Part shown: piece by piece, positions 52,201 to 56,544 of the stretch | How positions within the stretch are numbered: position 1 is the stretch's first letter | Layout: each line of letters starts with the position of its first letter | NCBI GenBank assembly: GCA_042570105.1 | Contig: JBHPHW010000002.1 | Coordinates: forward strand, 1-60,946 | DNA: 60,946 bases | Direction: 5' to 3' | DNA from: Candidatus Omnitrophota bacterium | GTDB taxonomy: Bacteria > Omnitrophota > Gorgyraeia > Gorgyraeales > Gorgyraeaceae | Position numbers and translations under genes: made by a program | Notes under the pieces: generated by a model | The model's database searches: none | What the model saw: only the letters and a program-made list of their open reading frames with translations | Told to the model about the DNA's origin: nothing

Positions 52201-54501
52201 TTGCGGCAACTGGGCCAATCGACTGCTAAATTCTCTCTGAAGTTCTACAGGCAACTCAAGAAAACCCATATGCTGAGGACCAAGCAATATGCTGTCTTTT
52301 TCTGCTACCTTCACTCCTGCAATACCAATCTGCCTCCCGGTAAAGTACTTTGCAGGAATATTGGCCTCATAAATAGGCCTATCATTTTCATCAAGTCTTA
52401 CTCTGGAGTATTCGACTTTGCCTGTTTGCGGATTCTCATATCTAAATGTAAAAGCCCTTTGTCCCTGGCTAAGCTTTACTGAAAAACCTGTTTGTGTTGC
52501 AAAATCCTGAAGGGCTGACCATCCAGATAAAATTCCTGCTATATTTTTCCTTTTATTTTTTAGGGCGCTTGCGAAAAATGCAGGTAAAAGGGCTTGCCAG
52601 AATCTATGTCTACCTTTTTCTATCTTTAAATCTTCTGGATCTTCTCCTGTAGCTTCAGCAACTTTAAATCTTATATCCTCATTCCACTCATCTATCATTT
52701 CATCAGAGGCAAAGGCCTCCATTACTTTTAAGGTCTCGCCAAGATGAAGCAATAGCTCGCTTATAGGTTTTCTTTTCCCTGACAGAAGAAAATGATAATT
52801 TTCTTCATCTATGTCTGTAGATGAATATGGGGAGACTACGATGTAGGAATAACCCCTGTCTCTTAATAGGCTGGTGATGCCCTTAGTGTGGAATCCTCCT
52901 GCAATGAGGGTGGCTACTTTTGCGTCTCTTTTCTCTATTTGGGAGAGGGAGTTTTCTACCATTGCAATGTCACGGTCTTTTACTGTCTTATAGAAATCTT
53001 CGAGTTCCTGTAAGTATGGGTCTATTAAAGAAGGGTTAAAATCTATGAAACTTGAGAGGTTGTATTTTTTAAGAGTTGGCTTCATGAAATCTTCAAAAAA
53101 CTTTACTTTGTGTGAAGCTCTATTTTCTAGATAGTAGTCTAACTCTTCATTGGAGACCTTGAGGCTAAAGAAGCCTTCCAGGAAATCTGTATTTCTTAGG
53201 GCCTTTGTGAAGGTCTTTTCCTCGGGTGTTCTGGAAAGAAGATTTTTTATCTCGTAAGTCAAATCCTCTATTTCATTGAAAAGCTTTGTAGAATCAAGGG
53301 AGTTTACCTTGGTGAGGTAATCCACAAAGTTATTGAGATTCGGGTATTTCGCAAGTTTATCCGGAAGATGTTTTAGGGCTAAGTCTTTTAAATAACTATA
53401 AAATGAGAAAGGCGAGATCTTCTGGTCTTTGAAAAGTTCGGATTTTACCATTAGACTATCTTTGGTTTTACGTAAAGTCTTGCCTGATAGAGCTGCCCTT
53501 AGATTTAAAACTAGGCCCTGGGATTCTTCGGTTATCCTCGCATGATCAATATTCTTTTCCTCTTCCATGGTTTCAGTTAGAAGCGTGATATTTTTGTAGT
53601 TTTGGGTGGGGATATTGAGTCTTTTTACATAACTAGTCAAGTCCTTCAGATATTCATCGGTCTTTATCGTCCCATCCTTAAAATCTACATGCCTTTTGTC
53701 CAAAGCGAGAAGCTCTTTCGAATATATCTTGGGTTTAAGTTCAGTAAGGGCCTTTTTGGTTTGGGAGATAAAGACCTGGCTAGATGCTGAGAACTTCATT
53801 ATCCGATTAAACTCTATGATATTCTTAAAGTATATGTCTCTATCTTCTATTCCCCAGATGAGTAGGTCTGGGTATTTTGTAATGGACAGGTATTCTTCCC
53901 CTGTCAGTTCACCTGAATCTATGAATAGTCTTGCGGTCTTTTCCCTAACCTGGAAATCAGGAAAGCTTGATACGCTGGAGGTATCTACTATTCCATCTGC
54001 GCCTTCTGAACATACAAGATCCAAATCATAGTCTTTTATTAAAAGTTCTAAGATGCTTGCTAGATTCAGCTGGGCCTCTGGGTTTGTGTGAAGGTCTTGG
54101 ATGTGGACTATGAGCCTATCCTTCTCGCCCTGGACTCTGGGGCCCTCATATGCCTCTGTAACCCTGCCTAATGTAGCTGGTATATATATACTAGATAGGT
54201 CTTTTAAAGATGCTAGCTTTATTCTATTAGATAGAGCTTTATCATATGTGGGCTTTTTGGTCTCTTTTTTCCCGGAAAGGATATCCTGTTTCTTCTGTAA
54301 AGTATCCTGACGTTCTCTCTGAATAGCCTTATAATTAGGCCGTTTATCTTTAAATAGACTCCTTCCTGAAGGCGCAGCATAACCTAGATTGGTAACAAGA
54401 AATACCTGCGCCATAAGGATGGCTACTACTTTTGTAAATATTCTCTTTTTACCTACTTGCCAGTCTAACATATCGTTACACCACAAAAAAATCCCGGGCA
54501 T
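31288..54501 (-). CDS. giant multi-domain protein (7,737 aa): anchor, 4x HExxH, 2x GHKL ATPase, 2x kinase-like, GH15-like, NTase motif, 3x MTase/Rossmann, beta-propeller-like region
   Basis: Uninterrupted 23,214-nt frame. Motifs were located by back-translating to nt coordinates (see findings). The true start may be ATG 54471 (MLDWQ...), which matches the start of the left giant gene. Confidence 0.9.
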   Translation of the reverse strand: MPGIFLWCNDMLDWQVGKKRIFTKVVAILMAQVFLVTNLGYAAPSGRSLFKDKRPNYKAIQRERQDTLQKKQDILSGKKETKKPTYDKALSNRIKLASLKDLSSIYIPATLGRVTEAYEGPRVQGEKDRLIVHIQDLHTNPEAQLNLASILELLIKDYDLDLVCSEGADGIVDTSSVSSFPDFQVREKTARLFIDSGELTGEEYLSITKYPDLLIWGIEDRDIYFKNIIEFNRIMKFSASSQVFISQTKKALTELKPKIYSKELLALDKRHVDFKDGTIKTDEYLKDLTSYVKRLNIPTQNYKNITLLTETMEEEKNIDHARITEESQGLVLNLRAALSGKTLRKTKDSLMVKSELFKDQKISPFSFYSYLKDLALKHLPDKLAKYPNLNNFVDYLTKVNSLDSTKLFNEIEDLTYEIKNLLSRTPEEKTFTKALRNTDFLEGFFSLKVSNEELDYYLENRASHKVKFFEDFMKPTLKKYNLSSFIDFNPSLIDPYLQELEDFYKTVKDRDIAMVENSLSQIEKRDAKVATLIAGGFHTKGITSLLRDRGYSYIVVSPYSSTDIDEENYHFLLSGKRKPISELLLHLGETLKVMEAFASDEMIDEWNEDIRFKVAEATGEDPEDLKIEKGRHRFWQALLPAFFASALKNKRKNIAGILSGWSALQDFATQTGFSVKLSQGQRAFTFRYENPQTGKVEYSRVRLDENDRPIYEANIPAKYFTGRQIGIAGVKVAEKDSILLGPQHMGFLELPVELQREFSSRLAQLPQGPTAALAHLINTEGSSADIFEAQLEGVDEVVAVKVYRNPLVDDWQYGMDYFLQEIKGIQLYERLGIGPKFYGVVDVNGNPAFAMELIKGVHAEQLTTADAHELITEERIQQARMMARKIIEAGYRADDAQFLIVTQDGHGRRRGDIVFIDPGSVRPLQGDSIDNPDRIVQKIEEELRFALQPAVIKETIGLGRAHTFDELYAALDSLGGLQGKREYHPSSVLKAMIEEVRQGRRQLAYITRTHGLRYKVIQLIMLEESAVFSTPKDTGDGRGRGNEALSELDQTEREIIQARIDVVKSDLSNIDTAEEALEQAIADENGERISETLASLQSHLSTALGNLDEVPEKFYPEKSDKIAETASRLEEIQAIKRQIDLVNKALSEIEKLKEELDGAMVDRRVDDRAEKGIPEILDRLSSHRENALGILGDVPIEYFPQREEIQDYLSVTLSRRIAIFLPDTDGALEDIGEGDAKPLKRNGVTYGEFDPNTNEIVIDIENSRRAFKIVAPELGDADSHKVTGFVHAHELFHALVKKLEISLDEDQEERLADIFAKRVFGFALTKEEEDLWEKEVDLNDNLGRADIARLANIRYDETTVAITDNEAYGIRQGDSVETGRFLLEVQRILGDGIYKIKTSKLAEAKVDLEDRKRRQRAHEGADIDRSMEGGLRAMARRTFKRFRRDRISEDEIRKELENLFGKERIAIAFEKDTYKARKILDSISNMGIEEFRELIDILGKDRVASDLKSPDPVAPYWLVNILDDVSEMGIEEFRELVDLLGKDRVTSSLERDRFEFGRALHKISQTGVGKFKKLIEKIKEEYAFLLDTEGIFNKQHSEEARLLLGRDLSMKTLLAKSRRDRELKTHLLAILLIYQNSFSFLDREEYDALVIKILTFAYFDENYNTTDASFRIGTPRVRPLSKEFFIGMLAHEVAHNFVPPGVKGPVEEFITDSGNFSVFEGIGWGTMIPYMQKDVLGYTQLSRAVFSDSQRLARVKIQEVSEELERDGLPIAWSALFRLSMEIAREEPGLEFEDFINMLLERYSQEIRTIGREEGVLAAETEGRRPRVPTIESSDPKTVKRNLMSFEYEDPSQDFLGVDMEHFVVAQRRLAKRILPPQILGEVLEKLGLSPELGGERAYPVIYRKLADGNYTKEIIDLINSDSEGNSTYADPRLGVSIVGQNPNPRAQGVYEAVSNSLDALGLKIGQFGKGVKQIVDWLEMSGTDRIDVFTSQASQAGIAYQLTILKDTKGQMYLQIKQIGVETFQEAAGEPYEQGTVVRVTTSEAIPRTDQDRDLEHRNSQAGIAEGVHRRFAYVPSVRVSTKTELDAKPQTVNGFEEKEVIVPSGIPRYRPEDSADRKVHVALTDNTITIVDNGFGMDSEIFSRMFVPEEGTKTPQPLSGEAAQVELTNVMVVHDPTLPHRISFARNGEVIFAPDATEDILEDATVPGGLMVEMGSLLDVPESRDQIIIPLDLKPGERSNFELAMEYAINQLINHPELSVASKARLINTIVVGLDSLVQGNENYAHVVRAIRANAQKGLTSAGLIEELRREGFVILPHNKQFAQVAIPEDKKVFFLHEHLFDWKGVINLKEIGAEVVPGFTLRRPLEEDRDREVELPLMVTTFTEEAVKGVTGYEASEDIWMIEDKLPIVETDRFIAIPVQLGARLLELAKKRVNPTVTLTEKEAKDFTSLAQLVNTLTAKAVVTSYEVTKPRENVVLAPQIDIEESIGEIDSDAVNGFNRFLREPPILGLEVSRPGTERIPTDSNQRYVLLENGDLMEIGTGEIVTSDVQAIEPLINGYYKLTTTEDNVTLDRLVKLEGGAMQKFGIGMDSEADIFINRKIGIILTSPGKKFAYLDHHPRVGEPRFYQTRTMIDLETGIEYCLETGFSVARGADEFSRTLYNYNLQFSQDGKYLTYLERSEEEGVNFIVVDLEARRQVLKENLFRAGIDYEIEYAINPFANVVFIKIPDIHGPDDVKVIDLASGFKRVVRYARTDSTGTYTSMIGRDGKMSVYFHDLGRLFTNDDFGGKQIISATTFWKDEETIFAIEIEGPHSFQIDTRSGRATLFSRPEEDEDHYSETFTRRRLLLFMGMKDRAMNLDIAFDAGFEHEDIDRLDPLQRLDRPCVYKHPDFELVIDNSYPDNPVAVNPETDRRLPYKGRIISHNWVNREERDFRQDFITFRKGSTATNYHIGGHKGEPRDKAELERYIRDGASTYEVILDMEPGHFLWSIPLDSGRSQYVVRQDVHPRSPMEVIPKTIAREAYPQVSFDGKYFLFSNPKTGDVAYYELQHVAPGDNTNKPIFVSGKKAFLDEKPADAPNRYVILEDEAGGDAIGDDASGVYIYDTETKSRVVLAQDYQQLRRINRDTFAGETEKLLNIFKIENGTIGGSRFYPGEEKPYIVEHSDELVVLGLVEHERVLDVRDMTYVPIEMDKRPEKVSISASGRFSVHKDPDGELVYYDHEEENPVPKVIYDGFYEEYLVHDLADVVIIKNMDGKYTLYNLSLGKLHLPAYDHIEIDSSGKTAIGVDTRWQGALHTIDLISGETLVNGAVKGIRLASDETGYYMIWEYGLSIGPRAYRYNPEGAEDNWDWFGKPEEVELPRFWESYDLGQKTIWDRERDETNYALTVSGGYQGHPPTSTVATASLIGSTLIKKWYAGSEFKVSVKDLETGMGPGNSFIGSGPLHAFGSLQGGQVWYRTARAEGSQAVLNVAILTGETFDFEEQEGLVNQTRTFILGRARDSLDYILIDGEGNVNDITSQIPFGFVPTEANGEYFVFVSPETGKIKYLTPHVISTSKDIEMEELSPEERRRQEQALEIWNAQIVARRDEFIAQARRSYRPFLELVPEEYRREIEQRVKEEIDKLYKVQQEAIQRRFQKAVQENQELDIDTPLPFDKFAQRMERIVQRLPGYLESVEGPLLQERFSLQKDFYLNLFIRLFEVSKNPNLKLSEEVTNEKLFEVLALDWQVDTQEQLDAVPLIAQLIIDLRELSYGQIELAEIKAMIEFLSYAASRGPPETIEIVTKQLGKILHAKPGVKERFLTTWRGAFRQIDHSILRRYLDDPDQPIALGDARPFAVFLTNDIAGQIRQELRVVPEGQDGRLPYGGIGTSQMVSLEEQRPKKDPDDVVMDIEYLLDRIRDDVEGREKLPPLLTTGEATVLRNATKQAESGASAREIPQNSKDAGAKELIVDFFLQLNELGQEEYVEEARDDGTGALQEVALLIPKSTKAIGEQIDLEGFYGTGKYTIFEGVDRLEIITKNEDRAFMFTYTVEKDTSGNPTSIRLTRIRRITDPSLMQGVTVRRIKIVSNTIPELDQMLSMRAWKSFAGLSQDDNFKIFFKDHEGEKGQLKVDYDVLSQTTFKAIRPGEGSSTSFGTMRIMSTKDMPVQVVSKAGFRVGEIKEEYLALIPSSLRDFIKELGIVIQIPLPLIRTRSGFEHEQEYLPVIQKYVAIEFYKAIAYKTLTQRDPPFVFEDFPSDWETNNQYWDSISYKDSMLVKLAENINQGRYEAVTEEDLSALVVKSGERDREKKLIRLLVLLEVSTDPSKPDERTSLFLRRLAIQQEINEAKARFQAETLEKLGLSTIKIPSLSDVPDSTKKLFQARALVTLDEQMRKIEDFIIDPGNYSDRDKELINLARPIVELLGLEQVILVSQDVVVNGVFTIYKGKSTMILNRSLANRLGQPGLSILDVATDAVNHELAHFGEELERTSNRDKLLEKGYVSHEAGFTHQPVGTFADNMKYVAARWLWLSNQELPAPDQEKPPLHFEALLLKGERNDINVSREVEARPERERILVRGVGIKDAQDKDVDVFEMTEGELDELKRALNLSEGELGALIHKAFSTLERSGITTDSIRDTKILIALLEENASKRLFEDHRENNFIGINRTFLDIAKENPELARILFTVGLAHELRHEAGLTEEDLQLDAEFFYELMREQGLGNKEFYEFRSALQNYLNTTDFIDTVESIIASRQKEASIRRALGNCKDNGAIVVTGEETHDYSNRHWVRDSSRALRMLTRLYKAADGVVSKDELRAKIDKLREFSRFGKGYAKYDAETGEPDLLWSPNPQHDGPALRSVALIEYCEELLKEGKIEQVKEIYSDIRLDLEYIVDNWHKKCFDLWEDILAHHFFTDKQMRAALVRGSKLATALTYNEDTERYKDTAASLKERIERYYNEEEGFIVSFLDPEELSSEDLNSAPTSLEYKNRQGLDISGILGSIYAYDVDDSVGRIEELDLREVEMFRDEYRHDQAWSKKVGVGFGIGRFPEDYYSGDTVVYEKRPEDEKGNPWFITTLGVSQYYARLARVFLERYKEGGNEDDRKKAMKAYERSTDFFRWSLAHIPLDGSMSEQINRDTGEPQGVRDLTWSHAEFVHAMMEREEFEEKLQGEPSLSRNLFWSILTDEEKRIARERIATLQELLPKIIDHIVPQYKDSIEAVYIIGSFLFKENPTDLDLVAIVRDEVDYHSKEGDFSEEMKGELRERLGINSRRMFCDIKIFGKDSMPSVQSRESMHSVYFSMVYSNGVLLSGTDLVIEPQYKDLIAKAKDLITPGNLMSVKGSFVALSTLMAQRTAGILKDVPPEHIREYMKLGILYDHATTLGEGRIREIFRIMREINAFQPIPPLVQQLIAKADDEIGRSVKARAVPFYSNQPGFTAKYLTTKNISSENLPYPTHMRDPKTAPVPHRIVDVNMPDDVDGVFLLGKEHGGSNSYVRLGYLEDGRPVAIRTHLLFNDFKEDVHKFVALLREYQGLQIADDLRSKVDSLELTSSETKDLFHGFLKDYQSALILDELGIGPSVHGIFVDGEGNPNIVMDVVPGDFPKVVPEFITAATFRDLRGIQDRLARRGLAIVDEDFQYYVTPEGRIQIIDPGSIGPAGEVDEFLLSLVDLLFLADTREIKIEALREIIEEEPALFSSIYDEVMTPGRWIHGGVREAIEEVRGEKPTLAERWDEDYSHKLSERIVDELALWYWRNWPPYRSDLRHKDKSYGRETWVTLSGIGFIRVGFLFFLDDKSYDLLSDDLKQDLSNNVILVNKLSKSIIATQGVNDSLGLHTIVTMLLLFETDLDGVRFVDMGAGDGMLSLVAAKLGAGKVILCEKNPDRLNEARLNLQLNGLKENEDFFLLEVDLMKQDKFREKLDSLKLMPMRTVVASNIGGIVVKGGDIVPWDSYNATNITNIALIPVLIQGGSIVTDFIGAGYVSTTPYENKHEKRLLSYLELGFLTDPEKATLKHPDGKKIFTAWRASRPDDKLRIVAGGADIDLHVRGLLEGQGIGGEYYDDIISAYDDIEALESRINEILGVIEEIERNVGVEGFKMPDPSRRAILKTYLNDRERPVSPETVVQRPLLDNSIDPEKAEEWITAHPPKLQELARFIIDHITYINQEEFEAALEKSVEKFNDNNKGRPYIVVLRRKLLEPEGREEDPESEPTHLEKSNAWVDELAREKGLPPAEEVLYVSKDEEIQENIGEFIEEGYDIVIIDDVAYSPQGQLYVMIDKVLSKMEKEGITEEVNLHIIIPFITREAEATIKVGFSENKNVHIQLYKQQNIDTIIDIFNAAIQEDRDKEKLYFLMSEIYREHFINNKTLSYFQHKIADRWSIVAEILHGGFIPETKPPYEKDYLEWARRSIKETKAGNLIGKLFIKEGGKLKQVKENIIATEENGDLVLYYKPYRSSRRLFTLYTEDKNEARVKLLDETITTKSGQEIRLIEDNTHIRGFGDRDNIYIAESLQDNPIAIFHELKEAYYAGHPDELPEGVNPHTFLRGCGKDVRRAYQILRQKGENQEGKNPFNMTEYELIERLRQVLLEQPHLTRERLNQAEFALIRYNAREGRIGIERLYGLQDVEFGMEANDRFSLEERLSKLPSYLREEKRKEYAASLELQVKSVDELCAYLNIDMPNEIKTIFHGLLDEESITLSSLGEWMSAALEQFRTDKGLEKTLDILRDLKVKEEEEELEAEGIGTSDVTRDGISQIPVFALTEIAKKGMLPGVDSIEYGSISLVHLIALYKVYKKELEEVDINHIKALYENYRRRLESGINRFYQSLTLKDLEDLPKDRPLSPDDMLAKLKEKTKELKKGDPSKDRIIDDIVFLAGMLLRGEEPTAEELQRLKASLLSDYEYFVTDYRRLQGAVPLYPRLLRDISEKFPREHKVFIARDAGPFYETDYLSSRSGSSRSDSSLIYVSLQNNYIDVREEMLRLGKGLENLSLKDFERELREGFEGLLETDPKFRRAARELYRQMDRAGILVHNRLVIVDSWGTGATTSFIKLVAEHFSEGRIKAKLFIVREKENNFKQIKGSGLSYAEKVACEFLLSPIEAGYKPGKPMGILFSYLRAMMTYNAIIEDRRRLQDVSPDVRALNALLRAIDEQAHELGFDSQDLLRGSILDVGLEAPKYRILKTDLVNSLRAQDKDVVGLSPEIEDGSEPVFYKGIVQDMPFFADGKFDLVISFGLFNEEYFGMRGMHREGFKDAKAFYERAAEEISRVLKPDGRFLVRVGIIAPNPEFIPAFENAGFHVRVLQGSTGGYVLVKSSATDAAPIHMAGRGIPGDASDTETEEKKVGPGETAQEQPAPFDRFMEMFFMEGTRRLKGYKGGFAGLDDEKDLEIRRENLEAVIEDLSDNERGVAIVLGAGANQVSQLVKAFKRVILVDLDKDALEFAYNSVPEALRGRVEIRQSDVSGMVREFCDRIEEIRNGPSDYREVVDAYIALLRDTELYVGAWIETMEQDSADLVLAERVYSQLPLSMVEYAYQELFVHHDLPQAKKSGYVINAERFFQDEVRMTFVRNLGTLSKTSGLIYFSDTVTYKDIQEDNFVYRERDVDRDAESAGLEELDILPHKKWQWRVNKYAKNTRHMIARVFQKPASREARELTPVLFDGRNLFEQGELDRVGLEELGEKISKLEANEEAVIAVDNEDQRKKIEDYIESSKDRHYIILDNLQDKTMQLYFISLLAVHDNEVGKEGLRLTPDRFEDARRHLDNV
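49740..50215 (-). repeat. in-frame tandem repeat (3-4 units of 114-126 nt) inside the giant ORF
   Basis: DNA units starting at 49861, 49987 and 50101 (ACTAG(T/C)TACTCTATC(C/T)TTACCTAA...). Peptide units are ILD(S/D)(I/V)S(N/E)MGIEEFREL(I/V)D(I/L)LGKDRV. Confidence 0.8.
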
Positions 54502-54507
54502 GCCTCC

Positions 54508-54663
54508 TTAAACATGACTAGCCTGGGCCCTTGCCATGGGAGAAAGGACCTTGTCGTTTAATAAGAGGCAATACCCGAGATGTTTAATCCCCATAATAAA
54601 ATAGCCGGGTAAATACAAAACCCGGCTATAATCAATATAACAATACTTAACATAGAGACCCAT
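54508..54663 (-). CDS. candidate 51-codon leader ORF upstream of the giant gene (below the ORF-track size cut-off)
   Basis: ATG 54663 lies behind GGGAGAG (4-nt spacer). Product MGLYVKYCYIDYSRVLYLPGYFIMGIKHLGYCLLLNDKVLSPMARAQASHV. Its TAA (54510..54508) overlaps the AAGGAGG in front of ATG 54501. Confidence 0.3.
   Translation of the reverse strand: MGLYVKYCYIDYSRVLYLPGYFIMGIKHLGYCLLLNDKVLSPMARAQASHV
54601..54629 (-). terminator. terminator-like hairpin in the leader of the giant gene
   Basis: Minus strand ATAGCCGGGT-TTTGTATTT-ACCCGGCTAT followed by TTTATTAT. The stem ends (ATAGCCG.G / C.CGGCTAT) match those of the hairpin at 7857-7900. Confidence 0.4.
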
Positions 54664-54725
54664 GGCACTCTCCCTGTTAATTAAGGTAAAATATACTACT
54701 AAATACTTTTATAATCTCCTTAATA

Positions 54726-54754
54726 ATTATACCCTATATAAGCCTTTTTGTCAA
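54726..54754 (-). promoter_or_regulatory. consensus sigma70 promoter for the giant gene
   Basis: Minus strand TTGACA (54754..54749) - exactly 17 nt - TATAAT (54731..54726). Confidence 0.55.
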
Positions 54755-54826
54755 GGGTTATAGAAACCTGTAACTATTAATGAAATAGGAGGTTAGAAAA
54801 AATATCTTAGGCGGGATATAGCGTAT

Positions 54827-55285
54827 CTACTTGCTGTGATTCAAAATGCCTTTAAGCTCCTTCATGAACTGGTTTATGTCTTTGAATTGCCTGTACACAG
54901 AGGCGAATCTTACATAGGCAACCTCGTCTAACTCGTATAAAAGCTCCATTACTAATTCGCCTATATGAGGTGCCTCTACCTCTTTTTCAAATTTACTCTG
55001 CAGGGTATATTCTATTTTATCTGCAAGCTCTTCAAGGTGTTGAATACTTATGGGCCTTTTCTCGCATGCCTTTTTTATTCCAGACAAGACCTTCTTTCTA
55101 TCAAATGACTCACGTCTTCCATCTTTTTTTATTACCATTAAGGATGTCTCTTCTATGTTTTCGTAGGTGGTAAAACGTCTATCGCAATTGAGGCATTCTC
55201 TGCGCCTGCGAATCGAACGGCCTTCTTCAGAAGAACGAGAATCGATCACCTTGTCTTCCTTGTGACCACAGAATGGACATTTCAT
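54827..55285 (-). CDS. nrdR: transcriptional repressor NrdR
   Basis: [17 protein letters not shown]...[12 protein letters not shown] zinc ribbon plus an ATP-cone. Confidence 0.95.
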   Translation of the reverse strand: MKCPFCGHKEDKVIDSRSSEEGRSIRRRRECLNCDRRFTTYENIEETSLMVIKKDGRRESFDRKKVLSGIKKACEKRPISIQHLEELADKIEYTLQSKFEKEVEAPHIGELVMELLYELDEVAYVRFASVYRQFKDINQFMKELKGILNHSK

Positions 55286-55287
55286 AT

Positions 55288-56544
55288 CTAAGTCTCCTTT
55301 TTGTTCAAGGATGGATAAAGAGGAAATCCCTTAACAAGCTCTGCCACTCTCCCTGCAGACTTCTTTAATAGGGATTTATCCCCTTTCTTTGTCAATGCGA
55401 TATTTATTATATCTGCTATCTCCTGCATCTGGGCTTCCTTCATGCCCCTTGTTGTGACTGCAGGTGTGCCGAGCCTTATACCGCTGGTTAGAACCGGGCC
55501 TTTTTTATCAAAGGGTATAAGATTTTTATTAACTGTTACATTGACACTACCCAGGATATCAACTGCTTCCTTTCCTGTAAAACCCTTGGATCCCAAATCT
55601 ATTAAAGAAAGGTGGTTATCAGTCCCTCCCGAAACTACCCTGAAGCCTGCTCCCTTCAGGTGTTTTGCAAGTTCCCTAGAATTTTTTACGATCTGCACCT
55701 GATATTCTTTAAATGAACTGGTTTCTGCCTCTTTTAATGCCACTGCCTTACTAGCTATAACATGCATTAAAGGCCCGCCCTGAATACCAGGAAAGATCTC
55801 CTTGTCTATCTTTTTAGCGAATCCCCTCCTACAGAGTATCATTCCGCCTCTTGGCCCCCGTAAGGTCTTATGCGTCGTAGTAGTTACTACGTCTGCGTAA
55901 GGCATAGGGCTCGGATGTACTCCTGCAGCAACAAGACCTGCTATGTGTGCCATATCAACAAAAAGATATGCGCCTACGGCATCTGCTATCTCTCTGAATC
56001 TTTTAAAATCGATAGTGCGCGGGTACGCACACGCCCCTGCAATGATCATCTTTGGTTTATGCTTTTTCGCCAAGAAATCTATTTCACTGTAATCAAGTTT
56101 CTCATCGCGCTTACTTACGCCATATGGCACCACATTGAAAAACCGTCCTGAAAAATTATGCGGGTGACCGTGTGAAAGATGCCCTCCGCATGCAAGGTCC
56201 ATCGCTAAAACAGTATCACCTGTTTCAAGCAAGGCAAAATAAACAGCCATATTTGCCTGGGTGCCTGAATGAGGCTGTACATTGGCATGCTCTGCGTTAA
56301 AAAGTTTCTTTGCCCTTTTAATCGTCAGACACTCTGCCTCATCAACACACTCACAGCCGCCATACCATCGCTTAGATGGATAACCTTCGGCATATTTATT
56401 GGTAAGTACGGAGCCCTGCGCTTCGAGGACTGCAAGGCTTGCAAAATTTTCACTTGCTATGAGTTCGATATGATCCTGTTGCCTCTTTAGTTCTTTCTGT
56501 ATTGCCTTAAAAACCTCTGGATCAGAATCTCTTAATGAATTCAT
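55288..56544 (-). CDS. glyA: serine hydroxymethyltransferase
   Basis: [31 protein letters not shown] (PLP lysine). Confidence 0.95.
   Translation of the reverse strand: MNSLRDSDPEVFKAIQKELKRQQDHIELIASENFASLAVLEAQGSVLTNKYAEGYPSKRWYGGCECVDEAECLTIKRAKKLFNAEHANVQPHSGTQANMAVYFALLETGDTVLAMDLACGGHLSHGHPHNFSGRFFNVVPYGVSKRDEKLDYSEIDFLAKKHKPKMIIAGACAYPRTIDFKRFREIADAVGAYLFVDMAHIAGLVAAGVHPSPMPYADVVTTTTHKTLRGPRGGMILCRRGFAKKIDKEIFPGIQGGPLMHVIASKAVALKEAETSSFKEYQVQIVKNSRELAKHLKGAGFRVVSGGTDNHLSLIDLGSKGFTGKEAVDILGSVNVTVNKNLIPFDKKGPVLTSGIRLGTPAVTTRGMKEAQMQEIADIINIALTKKGDKSLLKKSAGRVAELVKGFPLYPSLNKKET

Noticed and set aside
54472-54501. The ten-codon N-terminal extension MPGIFLWCND as definitely translated.
   Set aside because: It is kept in the feature coordinates because ATG 54501 abuts AAGGAGG. 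However, the SD spacing is only 1 nt and the conserved MLDWQ start is at 54471, so the extension is uncertain.
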